A program made the translations under genes and the position numbers. Shown in pieces: positions 37,217-50,850 of a stretch of DNA of 64,000 bases. Under the pieces are notes generated by a model. It worked only from the letters and a program-made list of their open reading frames with translations, did no database searches and was not told the origin of the DNA. The stretch comes from Lama guanicoe (lineage: Eukaryota). The DNA lies in the NCBI GenBank assembly GCA_013239625.1, contig MU053520.1, positions 214,934-278,933 of the forward strand, written 5' to 3'. Numbering within the stretch: position 1 is the first letter of the stretch; every line of letters starts with the position of its first letter.

Positions 37217-40173
37217 ATGGAAATAAACACACATCTATCAATAAGTACTCTAAATGTCAATAAAGTAAATGCTCCAATTAAGAGACATGGAGTGACAGAT
37301 TGAATAACAGAACAAAGCTTACAGTATGTTGCATACAAGAGACCCACTTTACAGTGAAGTACACACATAGATTGAAAGTGAGAAGATGGAAAATATATTT
37401 CATGCAAATGGAAATGAGAAAGTGGGAATGACAATACTCATATCAGACATAATAAAATTTAAAATAAAGGCCATACTGAAAAATAAAGAAGGACACTATA
37501 TAATGATCAGAGGAGCAATACAAGATGAGAATATTACACTCATTAACATATATGCAGCCAATATAGGAGCACCTAATATATAAAAGAAATACTAACAGAC
37601 GTAAGGGGATAAACTGAAGGAAAAGTAATAATACTAGGAGATTTTAACACCCCACTAATATCATGGGACATGTCTTCCTGACAGAAACTCAACAAGGCAT
37701 AAAGATTCTAAATAACATAATAGAGCAGTTGGACATGGTAGACATTTTTAGGACATTACACCCTCCAAAATAGAATATACATTCTCTTCAAGTGCTCATA
37801 GACCATTCTCTCAGATAGGCCACATACTCAGGCACAAAAGGAGCCTCAACAAATTTAAGAGGATAAAACTTATTCTAAGCATCTTCTCTGAAAACAATGG
37901 CATGAAATTAAAAACAAACCACAGAAAAACAAATTTTAATAAATGAGAGCATGGAGACTAAACAACATGCTACTAAGAAACCAAAGGGTCAATGATGAAA
38001 TCAAAGAAGAAATTTAAAAAATACCTTGAGACAAATGACAATGAAAACACAACTGCACAAAATCTATGACATGCAGCAAAAGCTAAGAGGGAGGTTCATA
38101 GTGAAACAGGCCTTCCTCAAAAAAGAACAATCTCAAATAAACAACCTTACCTACTTCCTAAAGGAATTAGAAATGGAAGAACAAACAAAACAAAGTCAGT
38201 AAAAGGAAAGAAATAATAAAGATCAGGGAGGGAATAAATAAAATAGAGATTAAAAAAATGGAAAAATCAATTAAACCAAGAGCTGGTTTTTTGAAAGAGT
38301 AAGCAAAATTGACGAACTTCTGACCAGGCTCACCAAGAAGAAAAGAGAAAGCACACAAATAATCAAAATAAGAAAGGAAAATGGAGAGATTACAATCAAC
38401 AGCACAGAAAAAGAAAAAAATCATAAAAGAATACTATGAACAACTATATGGCAATAAATTGGACAAATTAGAAGAAAATGACAAGTTTCTAGAAACATAT
38501 AGTCCAACGTGTCTGAATCAAGAAGAAACAGATCATTTGAATAGACCAATCACAAGAAGTGAAATTTAATCAGTAATTAGAAACTTCTCTACAAACAAAA
38601 GTCCAGGACCAGATGGCTTCACTGGGGAATTCTATCAAACACATAAAAAAGAGCTTTCACTAATCCTTCTTAAATACTTCCAAAAGATTGAAGAAGAGGG
38701 AATACTCCCAAACTCATTCTATGAAGCCACCATCACCCTGATACCAAAATCAAAGACTCTACCAAAAAAGAAAGCTAAAGGCCAATGTCACTGATGAACA
38801 TAAATACAAAAATCATCAACAAAATATTAGCAAAACAGAATCCAAGAAAGCATAATGAAGATCATACACCATGATCAAGTTGGATTCATCCTAGGGACAC
38901 AGGATGGTTCAACATATGCAAATCAACCAACATGATACACTATATCAACAAAGAAAGGACAAAAATCGCATGATCATTTCAATAAATGCAGAAAAGCATT
39001 TGATAAAATTCAAGACCCATTTATGATAAAAACTGGGTATAGAGGGAACATAATCTCAACATAATAAAAGCTATTTATGATAAACCTACAGCCAGCATGG
39101 TACTCAGTGGTGAATAACTGAAAACCTTCCCACTAAAATATAGAACAAGACAAGGTTGCCTACTCTCACCATTTCTATTCACCATAGTCTTGGAAGTCCT
39201 AGCCATAATAATCAGGCAAGAAAAATAAATAAAAAGGATCCAAGTTGGAAAGGAAGAGGTAAAATTGTCACTATATGCAGATGACATGATACTATATGTA
39301 GAAAACCCAAAAAAACTCCACACACACACACACACAAAAAACAAACTGCTAGAGCTAATGTATGAATCCAGCAAAGTAGCAGGTTACAAGATTGACATAC
39401 AAAACTTAGTTGCATTTCTTTACACTAACAATGAATCAACAGGAAAAGAAAGAAAAGAAACAATCCCTTTTAAAATTCCATCTAAAACAATAAAGTACTT
39501 AAGAATCATTCTGAACAAGGAGGCAAAAGACTTATACATGGAGAACTACAAAACTTTGACTAAGAAAATAAAAGATGATTTAAAGAAATGGAAAGATATC
39601 CCATGTTCTTGGAAGATTTAATATTGTTAAAATGGCCATGCTACCCAAAGCAATCTACAGATTTAATGTGATCCCTATCAAATTACCTGGGACATTTTTC
39701 ACAGAATTAGAACAAGTTATCCTAAAATTTATATGGAATCACAAAAGACCCAGAATTGCCAAAGCATTACTGAAGAAAAAGAATGAAGCTGGAGAAATAA
39801 CCCTCCCAGACTTCAGACAATATTTCAGAGCTACAGAAACCAAAACAGCATGGCACTGGTGCAAAAACAGACATACGGATCAATGGAACAGAATAGATAG
39901 CCTAGAAATAAACTCACAGAATTTGGTTAACTAATCTTTGACAAAGGAGGCAAGAACATGCAGTGGAATAAAGACAGTATCTTCAGCAAATGGTGTTGGG
40001 AAAACTGGACAGCTGCATGCAAATCAATGAAGTTTGAATATCCCCTTATACCATACACAAAAATAAGCTCAAAATGGCTTAAAGACTTCAACATAAGACA
40101 GGACACTATAAACCTTTTGGAAGAAAACACAGGCAAAACATTATCTGACATAAATCTCAGCAATGTTCTCCTA
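37217..40173 (+). pseudogene. L1 ORF2p remnant (endonuclease plus RT), many stops and frameshifts, C-terminus deleted
   Basis: ATG at 37217 (MEINTHLSISTLNVN); KEGHYIMIRG..INIYAAN (endonuclease); [12 protein letters not shown] region; SLYADDM (RT); KWCWENW. Confidence 0.95.
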
Positions 40174-42894
40174 TTATTCCACTTATATGTGGAATCTAAA
40201 AAAAAAAGACAAATGAACTTATTTATAAAACAAAAACAGACTCACAGACATAGAAAGCAAACTTTTGGTTATAGGGTGGGGGAAACAGGTGGAATGGATA
40301 AATTGGAAGTTTGAGATTTGCAGATAATAACCTATATATATATATATAATAGATAAGCAAGTTTATAATGTATATCATAGGGAACAATATTCAATACATT
40401 GTAGTAAATTTTGGTGTAAAAATATGAAAATTAATATATGTATGTTCCTATATGACTGAAGTATTATGTTGTACATGAGAAATTGACACATTATAAACTG
40501 ATTATACTTAAATAAAAATAAATTAAAAAAAGAAAGTGTTCCATTTTTAAAAAAAAATAATCTATATTTTTCAGTTATTTTTTCAGTGTTGTATATGTTC
40601 CCATTGTGGCAGGTTAATCATGTTGTTCAAATATGCTATATCCTTACTGAAACTTTTTCTATTCCACCAATTCCTGAAAGAGATGTCTTTTAAAAATCTT
40701 TTACTTTAATTCAGTGTTTGTCTACTTTCTATTAATAACTTCCATTTTTTTTTTACTTTTTCTCTTTTGAGGCTATACTATTAGGTGCATATCATTTTAA
40801 AATTGCTATATTTTCTTCATGAATTTTACTATTTACATTTTGAAATGATGCTATGTGTCTCTAGTAATTGAGATATTTTATCAAATAGATTTATCCAAAT
40901 GATCTATCTATTGGATATGGGCCTAATATAATTACAAGGATCCTTAAAAATGGAAGAAATCAGAAGCAGAGATCAAGTAATATATATTGAGGATTTCATT
41001 GTCCTTAACTGTAAATTAAAGCCTACATTTTATATTTATGAATATAACCACACTAAGTTTCTTTTTACTAGCATTCACCTGGATGTAAATTTTCATCCTA
41101 TCCTTTCAAACTTCCTGTATTCATACATTTCCATTGAATCCCATTGGCTTATTGCTGTCATCCAGTCTGACCATCTTTGCATTTTCTTTCCTCAGGTTAC
41201 TATGCATTATCAGTTCACACTATCTAAAACTTAGAATTATACATAGAATTATAATACAGGATTAAAAATTTTCTCACTAAAGGATTGAGAGATTTTAGGA
41301 TGCAAACTTATTTAAGAGGGTGTAAAATTTAAAATAATACTTTATTTGATTCTAAGTTCACAAGCTGAAGCTTTATCAGAAATGCCAGTCTCAGGGGAAG
41401 ATCTCACTCTTTTCTGTTTGAAACTTCATCCTCAGTTCAGTCTACTCTTGTTCTTTGTGTACCTCTTCAAGTCTTTCAAATCAGTAGTTGCACCTCTATT
41501 TCAGGAACTACTTCTTTTCTCCCCAAAGAGGAAATATTGTAAGTTCTCAAGTCCTCCTTATATGTTTTTTTCCATGATGAAGATGATTCCTGGAAGGATG
41601 GACAAATTATAATGCTAAGATCTATTCTCACAAGACTGCTTGGAGATGATCCAACTCCAATTCCACCTTTCTTTTGTATTTCATCAAATAAATTATTTTC
41701 CCCAGCAACGTAATCAATACTGATTTTCCTCTAGGAAAGACAGTAAGGTCTCAGATTAAGCAAAATAATTGCCTTGTTAATTCCTTAGTTTACTGACTTT
41801 GGGATATAATAAGCTTTTTATTTATTATTAAGAAACATTTGGTTCTCTTCTCTTAGCTTAGCACACTTGAGATAACAGCAAACTTATAAATAAGAGATAA
41901 AACAAACTATACTAAATACAAATGGCTCCCTCTTTTCACTTGAATTGTGAGGCAGAGGGAGGGATGTAATTTCTTTATTTCTTTATTACACCATTCTGCC
42001 ACAGCAAGATGGAAATAGGGTTGACCAACCAGAGTGAGAAAACATTTTAAAAGAAGTTGCATATTTTTCTTCATCACATACACACATACCAGAGGCCTTA
42101 AAAAATACTGTTTTTATTAATATATTTAAAACTGAATCCATACTACTTAGTGCCCCCTTAAAAGGCAAAGACTTCTGTCTAAACAGTATAATTACACTGT
42201 ATAAAAAAGGATGGCTATAATATTTTAAAAAGGTGACTGTAATATTTTCCCAAGGAGTTAGAAATGTTTTTCCAACCACAAACTTGGGGAAAAAATGTGT
42301 ATTATTCTTGACTAGCAAACTAATTCTTGTGTTTTAGAAGCAAAATAAAGTTGAACTTTTGACTGGCTTCTGCCTAAATTCTGAATAAAGAAATATAGTT
42401 AGTGATATATCATAGTTCTATTAGTTATATAAAAGTAAATATTGAGAAAATAAAATTCCATAGGATTGATCAAGAGATAGTCAGGTAAGCCAAGTGTTAC
42501 ATGGACAAAAATATTTTGTTACATGCAATTTTGTAGTTTTTTCAGAATAAAGTAATTTAAGAAATGCTAAGATTAGATGGTTAGTAGAACCAGATCACTG
42601 AGGAATTGGTTAGAAAATAAACTTCTTTGTCAATACAAGAATTTTTTTTCAGAGTCATATTTTAAACTCTAGACCCTATGTAAAAATTGTTTTGATGAAA
42701 TTGTTCTTACTTGGTCTCAATATATACACAAAGGTTTTTGTTCCCACAAGAAATTTGTGTAACAATCATTGTGGAATGATTATATAAGGTATTTTGCATG
42801 CCTAGTATGTGGAAAGCACTGAGAGGTCCAGTGAGGAATTTGCAATTGACTGTGTCTTCAAATGACTTTCAAAGGAATAGGAATATTTGAGAAC

Positions 42895-43015
42895 ATCTAT
42901 GGTTAGATTATAATCACCTGGGGAATGTATGTTAAACAAAGAACCAAATCCCATCAGTGACCAATTAAATCTGAATCTCTAAGGTTGGAGATGTAGGCAT
43001 CATTGATTTTTTAAA
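42895..43015. mobile_element. MER5-like fragment
   Basis: TAATCACCTGGGGA..CCAATTAAATCTGAATCTCT..GGCATC. Confidence 0.55.
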
Positions 43016-43019
43016 AAAA

Positions 43020-45945
43020 AATTACATTCTTATTTTGGAGTAATTTGAGATGTACACAAAAGTTTTAAAATATAACAAATAATTTTATTTAAACTTCATC
43101 CAGCCTCTTTCTTCAAATGACAATGTTTTACAGAACTACTGAACAGTTCAAAACCCTCAAATTACTCCAATGCTAATAACTAGTCTTGAGATCTTGTTTA
43201 GATTTTATCAATTTGTCTTAATAATGTTCTTTTCTGGACTAGGATTAAATCCAGGATCACTCATTGAATTTAGTTAGCATGTATCCTTAGTGTTATTTTT
43301 TTTTTAATTTGGGATAACTCCTCAGTTTTTTTATATTCTTAATACTTTTGTAGAATACTGGGAGCTATTTCATAGAATATCTCTCAGTTGGATTTCCTTA
43401 AGATAATATTCGTAGTTTTAAATTTATGTTCTTAAAGACTTTGTTTACATAGAGAAGTTTTATGTTCACAGCAAAATTAAGAGAAAGTTACAAAGATTTT
43501 CCATTATTGCCTGTCCCACATATACATAACTTTCACAATTTTCAAAGCCCCCACTTAAGGGAAACATTTGTTATGACTGGCAAACCTGCACAGACACATT
43601 ATAATCACCCAAAGTCCATAGTTTGTGTTAGAGTTCACTTTTGGTGTTGTACATTCTATGGGTTTGGACAAATGTATAATGAAATGTATCCAATATTGTA
43701 ATATCATATAGAGTATTTCACTACACTAAAAATCCTGTGCTTTGGTTGTTCATCTCTCTTGCTCCTCTAACTTCTGGCAGCCACTCATGTTTATATTGTT
43801 TCCATAGTTTTACCTTTCCCAGAATGTCATATTTTCACAGGAATTGCATTGAACCTGTAGATTGCTTGGGATTATACACTCACATTAACAATTTTAATTC
43901 TTCCAATCTGTGAGCAAACTGTAGCTTTCAACTTATTCTACTGTGTTCAATTTCTTTCATCAATGTCATATGGTTTTCTGAGTATAGGTCTTTTACCTCC
44001 TTGGTTAGTAACGTGTAACTGTAATGAATTTATTTGTTACTTATACTTTTTTGTGGCATCTTTAGAAATAATATGTAGCATCATGCCATTTGCAAATAGT
44101 GACAGTTTTAGTTCTTCCTTTAAAATTTGTGTTCCTTTTATTTATTTATATTGTTTATTGTAGCTAGGATCTCCATTTCTATGTTGAATAAAAGTAGTCA
44201 GAGCATCCTTGTCTTGTTTTTAATCTTAGAGAAAATGCTTTCAGCTTTTCTCTATGGAATACGTTGTTGGCTGTAAATTTGGCATATATAGTTTTTATTA
44301 TGTTGAAGTATGTTCCTTCCATGTTGATTATGTTGAGAGTTTTATCATAAATGGATGTTGAATTTTGTCAAAAGGTTTTTCTTCATCTATTGAGATAATA
44401 TTTGTATTTTTCAGTTTGTTAATATAATGTGTCACAATTTATTTACAGATACTGAACTTTCCTTGTATCCCTGAGATAATTCCCACTAGTTAATGGTCTA
44501 TAATTCCTTTAATGTATTGTTGAATTCAGTTTGCTAATATTTTGCTGATGTCTATGTTCATCAATAATATGGATGTCTATTTTCTTTTCTGTGGTGTCTT
44601 TGGTTTTGATATCAGGGTGATGCTGGGATCATAGTATAAGTTCAGAAGCATTTCTTTCTCAATTTTTTTTGTAATAGTTGGGGAAAGATAGGCATTAACT
44701 ATTAAATATTTGATGGAATTCACCTGTGAAGACTTCTTGGACTTTTGTTTGTCAGGATTTTTATTAAATTGCTAATTCAATTTCATTATTGGCAACTGGT
44801 CTGTTCATGAAAGAATCAGCTTTTTGTTTTGTTGAATTCAAATGTCCAATATTATTTATGCTCTAATCCTTATTATTTCTCTTCTTTTTTAAATTTAATT
44901 TGTTCTTGTTTTTCTAATTTTCTAATGTGGAAATTCAGATTATTGATTTTAGTTTTTCTTTTTCTAATATATGCATTCAGTGCTATTAATTTCCCCCTGA
45001 GATCTAATTTTTGCTGCTTTGCACAAATTTTGATAAGTTGTGCTTTCATTTTCACATAGTTCAAAATACTTTTTAAAAAATTCTTGAGATTTCTTTTTTG
45101 ACCAATATGTTATTTAGAATGATGTTTATTAATAATCTCTGTGTGCTTTGGGATTTTCCAGTTATCTTTCTGTTACTGATTTCTAATTTAGTTCCACTAT
45201 GGTTTGAGAGCAGATACTCTGATTTCTCCTCTTAATAATTTGTTAAGGTGTATTTTATGGCAAAGAATGTGGTTTACCTTGGGGAATAACCCATGTGAAC
45301 TTGAGTGAAATGTGTATTTTGCTGTTTTGGGATAAAGTAGTCTATACATGTCAATTATATCTAGTTGATTGATGGTGTTATTGAATTCAACTATGTTATT
45401 AATTTTCTGCCTGTTAGATCTGTCCAGTTCTGTTATAGGGATGTTGATGTTTCCAACTATGATAGTGGACATATCTGTTTCTTCTTGCAATTCTGTTAGT
45501 GTTTGCCTCAGTTAATTTGATGCTTTTCTGTAGATGAATTCACATTGAGGATTGTAATGTCTTCTTGAAAACCTGACCACTTTTTCATTTGGTAATCCCC
45601 CTCCTTATCCCTGATAAGTTTCCTTGCTTTCAATGTGTTGTCTGAAATGAATATACTTACTCTTGATTTCTTTTGACCTGTATTAGCATGACATGTTTTT
45701 CCTCATCTGTTTATTTTTAAGCTATATGTCTTTATATTTAAAGCAAATTTCTTGTAAACAACATATAGTTAGTTGGGTTTTGCTTTTAGATCCACTGTGA
45801 CAATCTTTATCTTTTAATTGGTGGATTAAGATCATTGACTTTCAAAGTGATTACTGATGTAGTTGGATTAATACCATATTTGTTACATACCATATTTGTT
45901 ACTATTTGTATTTATTGTCCTGTTATTTGTTCCTATTTTTGTCTT
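43020..45945 (-). mobile_element. Cluster of old L1 fragments (3'UTRs ~43020-43835; ORF2 pieces ~43840-44810; endonuclease region ~44810-45945)
   Basis: GTTCACAGCAAAATT..ATCACCCAAAGTCCATAGTT; peptides LRGKLIALNAYIRK and TIIVGNINIPITELDRS..YTFHSSSHG. Confidence 0.85.
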
Positions 45946-46017
45946 TCACTCTTATTTTTGTTTATTTTGCAATTTGTGCTTTTTATTTTTAAAAATGATT
46001 TCTTAATTTTCTCTCCA

Positions 46018-46092
46018 TTTTATTTATTTATTTATTTTTGGTGGGGGAGAAGTAATTAGGTTTATTATTCATTCACTTATTTATTTTTATTT
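46018..46092 (-). mobile_element. Possible 5'-truncated camelid SINE tail
   Basis: The reverse complement reads AATAAACCTAATTACTTCTCCCCCACCAAAAATAAATAAA, resembling the camelid SINE tail as I recall it. No tRNA head is present. Confidence 0.4.
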
Positions 46093-46301
46093 TTCATTTT
46101 ACTTGGTTTATTACTTTTTCTCCACTGATAAAACATTTCCAAACAAATCTTTCTTAAACTCCCCAATTAAGACTAAATTATTTACCCATGTGATATTTTT
46201 GAGGAAGAAAGAAAGAAATACAGAATATAAAGTCTATTTAAATTAATTATCTCAATATAAACTAAATTTCTTTCACACCAACCACCATCCCCAGCATTTC
46301 C

Positions 46302-46470
46302 TTTTTTTTTTTAATTGAAGTACAATCAGTTATAATGTGTCAGTTTCTGGTGTACAGAACAATGTCCCAGTCATGCATATACATACATATATTCATTTAC
46401 ATACTCTTTTTCATTAAAGATTATTACAAGATATTGAACACAGTTCCCTGTTTTATATAAAATAAACTTA
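46302..46470 (-). mobile_element. L1 3' tip
   Basis: Poly-T followed by AATTGAAGTACAATCAGTT..TTACAAGATATTGAACACAGTTCCCTG. Confidence 0.85.
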
Positions 46471-46809
46471 TTCTTTAGAAGAAACTTCTAAAAATTCTTA
46501 TATCTCCTTAGCTTACCAAACTACTACTCTACTTCTGGCCCACTTTTCCTGCTCAAAGCAGAAAGCTAAGGCAATTTTGATTGTTGATAAGCTAATCTCA
46601 CTTATTTTTCTTCTTTAAAGGATCATCTTCTCATGCTACCTATTGTTCAAAGTGGATAGATACTCTTTCTTAATATATTTTGTTCAATATTATAGTTGTT
46701 TTCTGTAGGAAGTCAGATCTATGATCAGTTTTTCTCTATTGGCCAACAGTTGAAATCAGCAGTCTGTATTTTTCATATAAAATGATTATATTATTTTTTA
46801 AAATGTTTT

Positions 46810-46975
46810 CATTTTTTCAAATATAATTGAGATATAATTGACTTATGGTCCTAAATAAGCTTAAGGTGTACAGTATAATGATTATTTTACACATATTGTG
46901 AAATGATTACTACAATAAGTTAAACATCCATAATCTCGTATAGATACAAAAAAGGAGGGAAAAAGATACTTTCTT
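46810..46975 (-). mobile_element. L1MA9-like 3' tip
   Basis: ATTGAGATATAATTGAC..TAAGGTGTACAG..TGTGAAATGATTACTACAATAAG. Confidence 0.7.
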
Positions 46976-49739
46976 GAGTAGATTAAAGCAACCTCTAGCT
47001 GTATGGGTAAGTTTTTGTCCTGTGTGTGCATGTGTTATTTAAAAGTTTCCTAGATATCACGTCTAATAATCTGAACTCTATCTTCTCATGTAGTCTTTTA
47101 TTTTTCATTTCGTAAAATGGTGTAAATTATCATCAACTTTTTGAAGCTGTTTAAGAAATGAAAGAGACAATCCACATGAAAATTATTTCTGAGCCATGAA
47201 GTGCTAGAAAATAAAAGGTTTTATTATTATTAACTTTGTCTTTGATCACAAAGTCCAACAGAGGAAGTTGGAATAGATAGTTCATAATGGTATTCATTCC
47301 CCTTAAATTCTTATAATAACTTTAAACTGGAAAAAATAAGATTATATTGTATTTTTACTAGCAAGGGGAGATGATCTAAGTATTCTAAGTTTAAAGGGTT
47401 AGATGAATGACAAGAGTTTTCTTGAAGTGTATATTGATTTCTTAAGTGGGTATAGCTGTAAAACTTATAAATAATTCCATGGACTAACATTGGTTATTTT
47501 AGAAAACGCCCTGCCATCTTCTAATACATGCTTTTGCTTTGCTGATGACTTTCTCAGTTCTCTATTCTTTACCTACCATGTGAGCAAATTAACTTCACAA
47601 CAGCTAATGATGGCAGTTATTAGAAAATTTTTGATAATGGAACTGATACTTTCACCTTATACAATTAAGCCTTTTTCTAATTTAAACTAAATGCTTCATT
47701 TTGGTCAATTATGAGTTATTTTATTTTGAAGTTTAATAAAGTGGCATCATTTTTTATGTGCAATGAGACACTTAGGAAATAAATTATTTTATTCGCCAGA
47801 ATATTTTCCCAAGATTCTCCTTTGGGAAATATTAATTTCTTGAAAACATAAGCTAAATATGTTAGTCCTAATTTTATGGTTAAAAAAAGCAACAGTGAAA
47901 TAAGAATATTTGGCATGGAACACAAAATCCTATTAGCAGCAAACATCTGTGACAATCTAAGAATAACACACACCACGGGAATCTATTACAGAGATAATCA
48001 TTCTCTCAAAATATTTCTGGGGATTTAGAGGAAAAATTCTGTTGTCCCAGAAAGAGATACTGACTTCTTCCCAGTTTAGCAAAATCAATTTAAATGTCTA
48101 GTAGGGGGTATCAAAATAGAAAGAACACAGAGAGAAAAAAGCATCCAGACACCATTTAGAAAAATTAGCAGGGGTTTTAAGTCTGATGTAGAAGGAAAGG
48201 GGAAGCATGGTAGTCATCAAGCAATCTGAGATAATTTTTTTTCCAGTGCCTGAAGGGATCACATTGCTTCCCACTCCCCCTACTTATCCCCATTAGCTAA
48301 AGTAATCTGATTTTTGATTTGCTAATGCTCAATTTAGGAAGATGTTTAGCAAGTCACGTGCCCAAGACTGGAGTGTTATAAAGACAACAAGGATATAGAT
48401 TTCTCCTCTGGAATTCACTGACACATTTAGTACTGCTTGGGTTTCAGGAACTTTCTGTGATCAGTCAAGGATCACCAGTTAAAGACAATTGGGAAAGATA
48501 TACTGATTCATTGCCAATCTTCCATAAAAGAGAGAGAGGAAAGTTCAAGGACTATAATTGTTCTTATATATATAACTGTCGTTATTATACGCAGTAAGTA
48601 CAGTCAAAAGAATGATGTGCAGATAGAATAAGAAAAGGGCACAAGAAAGAAGTGGAAAAAGTATCCAGAGTAAAGAAATAATATAAATTTGATATCAAGT
48701 AGCTCTTGAATTGATATCCTTGTTTGGGGCCTACATTACCATTCCCAGTATACTTGGCTTACCCAATTATCTATGGGTAGAGAAGACTGTCATTTTCAAT
48801 GACTGATTATTATTATTATAATAGTATCCAAGCGTAATCAACTCCCAGTTAATTGGTCACAATTGACCAACAACCCACGTTGTCAAACAGAAAACCCACT
48901 GCACCTGTTTAATGCATCCAACAAAAGCTATTATGAAAGGGCAGATATAAGAAACTGGTTGGAACATGTTTTTCTGGATATTTTTTGATCCTTTATAAAG
49001 AGTTAGGGGGAGGAATTTTAAGCCCTTTATCCTATCAGTAGAATGAAATAGTGATAAAGTAGCCAATGCATTCTGAATCCAGTGCAGGTAAGTGTGTACA
49101 CATGTGTGTGGAAAATTTTGGGTCTATACTCTCCTCACCACTTTCTTTTTTAACTAATTGTGGATTGTTAGTTTTCTTTCCCCCATTTATTCTGCATTTC
49201 AGAGCAAAGCTAGATCTATAAAGTGCCATTTACAACAATGTACTACTTATGCCAGAGAACATTTCTCAAGATAGAAGGCAGTATACAAAGGTATACAGTT
49301 TTTCTCCCCCTAGCAGTACATGTGCCATCTCTAGTACATCTTAGATTAAATTATATTCAGTAGAATTATTTGACAACATAACTATTATTTTTTCTTTCTC
49401 CCTTTATCCCTCCCTTCCTTCTTATCTTACTTTGAGAAGTATCTTTCAAACACTACATGATCCATTTACAAAATAGCTTTTGGAATAAAGCCTATATAGA
49501 ATTATTTGTTATTTATTTTCCTAGCATTTGTCTTACATGTTAACACTGCATTCTGCCTTTGCCCAGGTTTGTTAGAGGGCATTCAGTGGTTGAAATAAGT
49601 AAAGATTTGGGGAGAAAAATTAACATATTTATTATAAATGTATTTTAAATATGTTTTGTGTTTTCCCTTAAATAACCATATATACATTTTTATAGTTTGG
49701 TTAATTAAAAAATATTTATTTCTTATAAACCCCTGAAAA

Positions 49740-50850
49740 CATTCGCATTTATTCCTACATTTACCAAATATTTATTAAATTACTGTTATGTGTCTAAATT
49801 TTGATTAACATTTAAGGGTGAATAGGTGTGCAAGACAATGCTTGAAGATATACAGAAATACTGAAAGTAAAATGTTTATGTAGAACAATAGATGTGAACA
49901 CAGACTATCTGGGGAGCAGAAAATTTGTATAAATGTTTACCGAGAAAGGTGGAGGGAATGCCACATAAATGGATAATATTTAAACTTGGAATTTGAAGGT
50001 AAGCTGAAAACTCTTGGGAAATAAAAGGTAGGTAACAGTGGAACATGTGAAGAATAATCAACATTAGGGACCTGGGGGGAGGAGGGGAGGCTGGAAGTAT
50101 GCATTCATTTAGCAAATAGTTATTGATACCGAGGACTGTGTTATATACAAGGCATTCTTTCTAAGCACTGGAAATACAGAAGTGAACAATAGTGAAAAAA
50201 TGCTCATTCTCATGGAACCTACATTCTAGTAGGCACTGACATTTATCTGTGAAGGGGATGAATGCTATTCTAAGGAGTTCATGTAACAGAAAACTGGAAA
50301 ACATTGGGGTTTCATTAAGCTTGTGAGTGGCACAAATGAATCCACACAGAAGAATAGAAATTTTTTGTCATTTTAGTAGATGGACAATGAGGAATGATGA
50401 AATATGAAACACTATAAAGCAGTATGGAACAAAAAGAAAGCACAGGTAGAAGATGTAGAGAGTGGGGAATGTATCAAAGAGGTGTTTAAAAGGTAGAAAG
50501 TATAGGACTTGGGGACTAGTAGAATAAGTCTACACAAGAATAGACAAACATGAATTTGACATTTCTAACTTAAGTGATTGAATCTTTCGAATTCTGGGAG
50601 GGGGGAGGGTGTTCAAATTTAGCTACTATTTACTGAATTCTTAGTGTAGAGACTAAAGAAAGTACAGATTTGGGGTGAGTGTGGAGGAGGGAGAAAAGAT
50701 AAAACTACAATGCTGACTTATGTGAAATTTAAAGTTAGATCCATCTGGAACCACCTTACATGTGGAGTAGTTGAAATTTTGGAGATAGAAAGAGATCCTG
50801 TGTGAAGAAGAGGCAAATACATTGGAGATTTTTTAAAAACAGGATATTTA
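49740..50850 (-). mobile_element. LINE-2 remnants (with a nested L2 3' end at ~50100-50235)
   Basis: CATTCATTTAGCAAATAGTTATTGA..CTCATGGAACCTACATTCTAGT; purine-rich L2 body. Confidence 0.6.

Larger units (their letters stand above)
34366..40532 (+). mobile_element. LINE-1 with both termini (5'UTR, ORF1, spacer, ORF2, 3'UTR); inactive; internal ~0.8 kb deletion
   Basis: 12 bp TSD AAAGTGTTCCAT (34354-34365; 40533-40544) at a TT|AAAG endonuclease site. 5' GGAGGGTAGAGCCAAGATGGC contains the YY1-type motif. AATAAA plus A-rich tail at the 3' end. Confidence 0.97.

Noticed and set aside
40870..40980. Hairpin (TATCCAA..TTGGATA) as a structured RNA
   Set aside because: Short AT-rich stem next to an MLT1-like fragment (GGGCCTAATATAATTACAAGGATCCTTA); compatible with chance.
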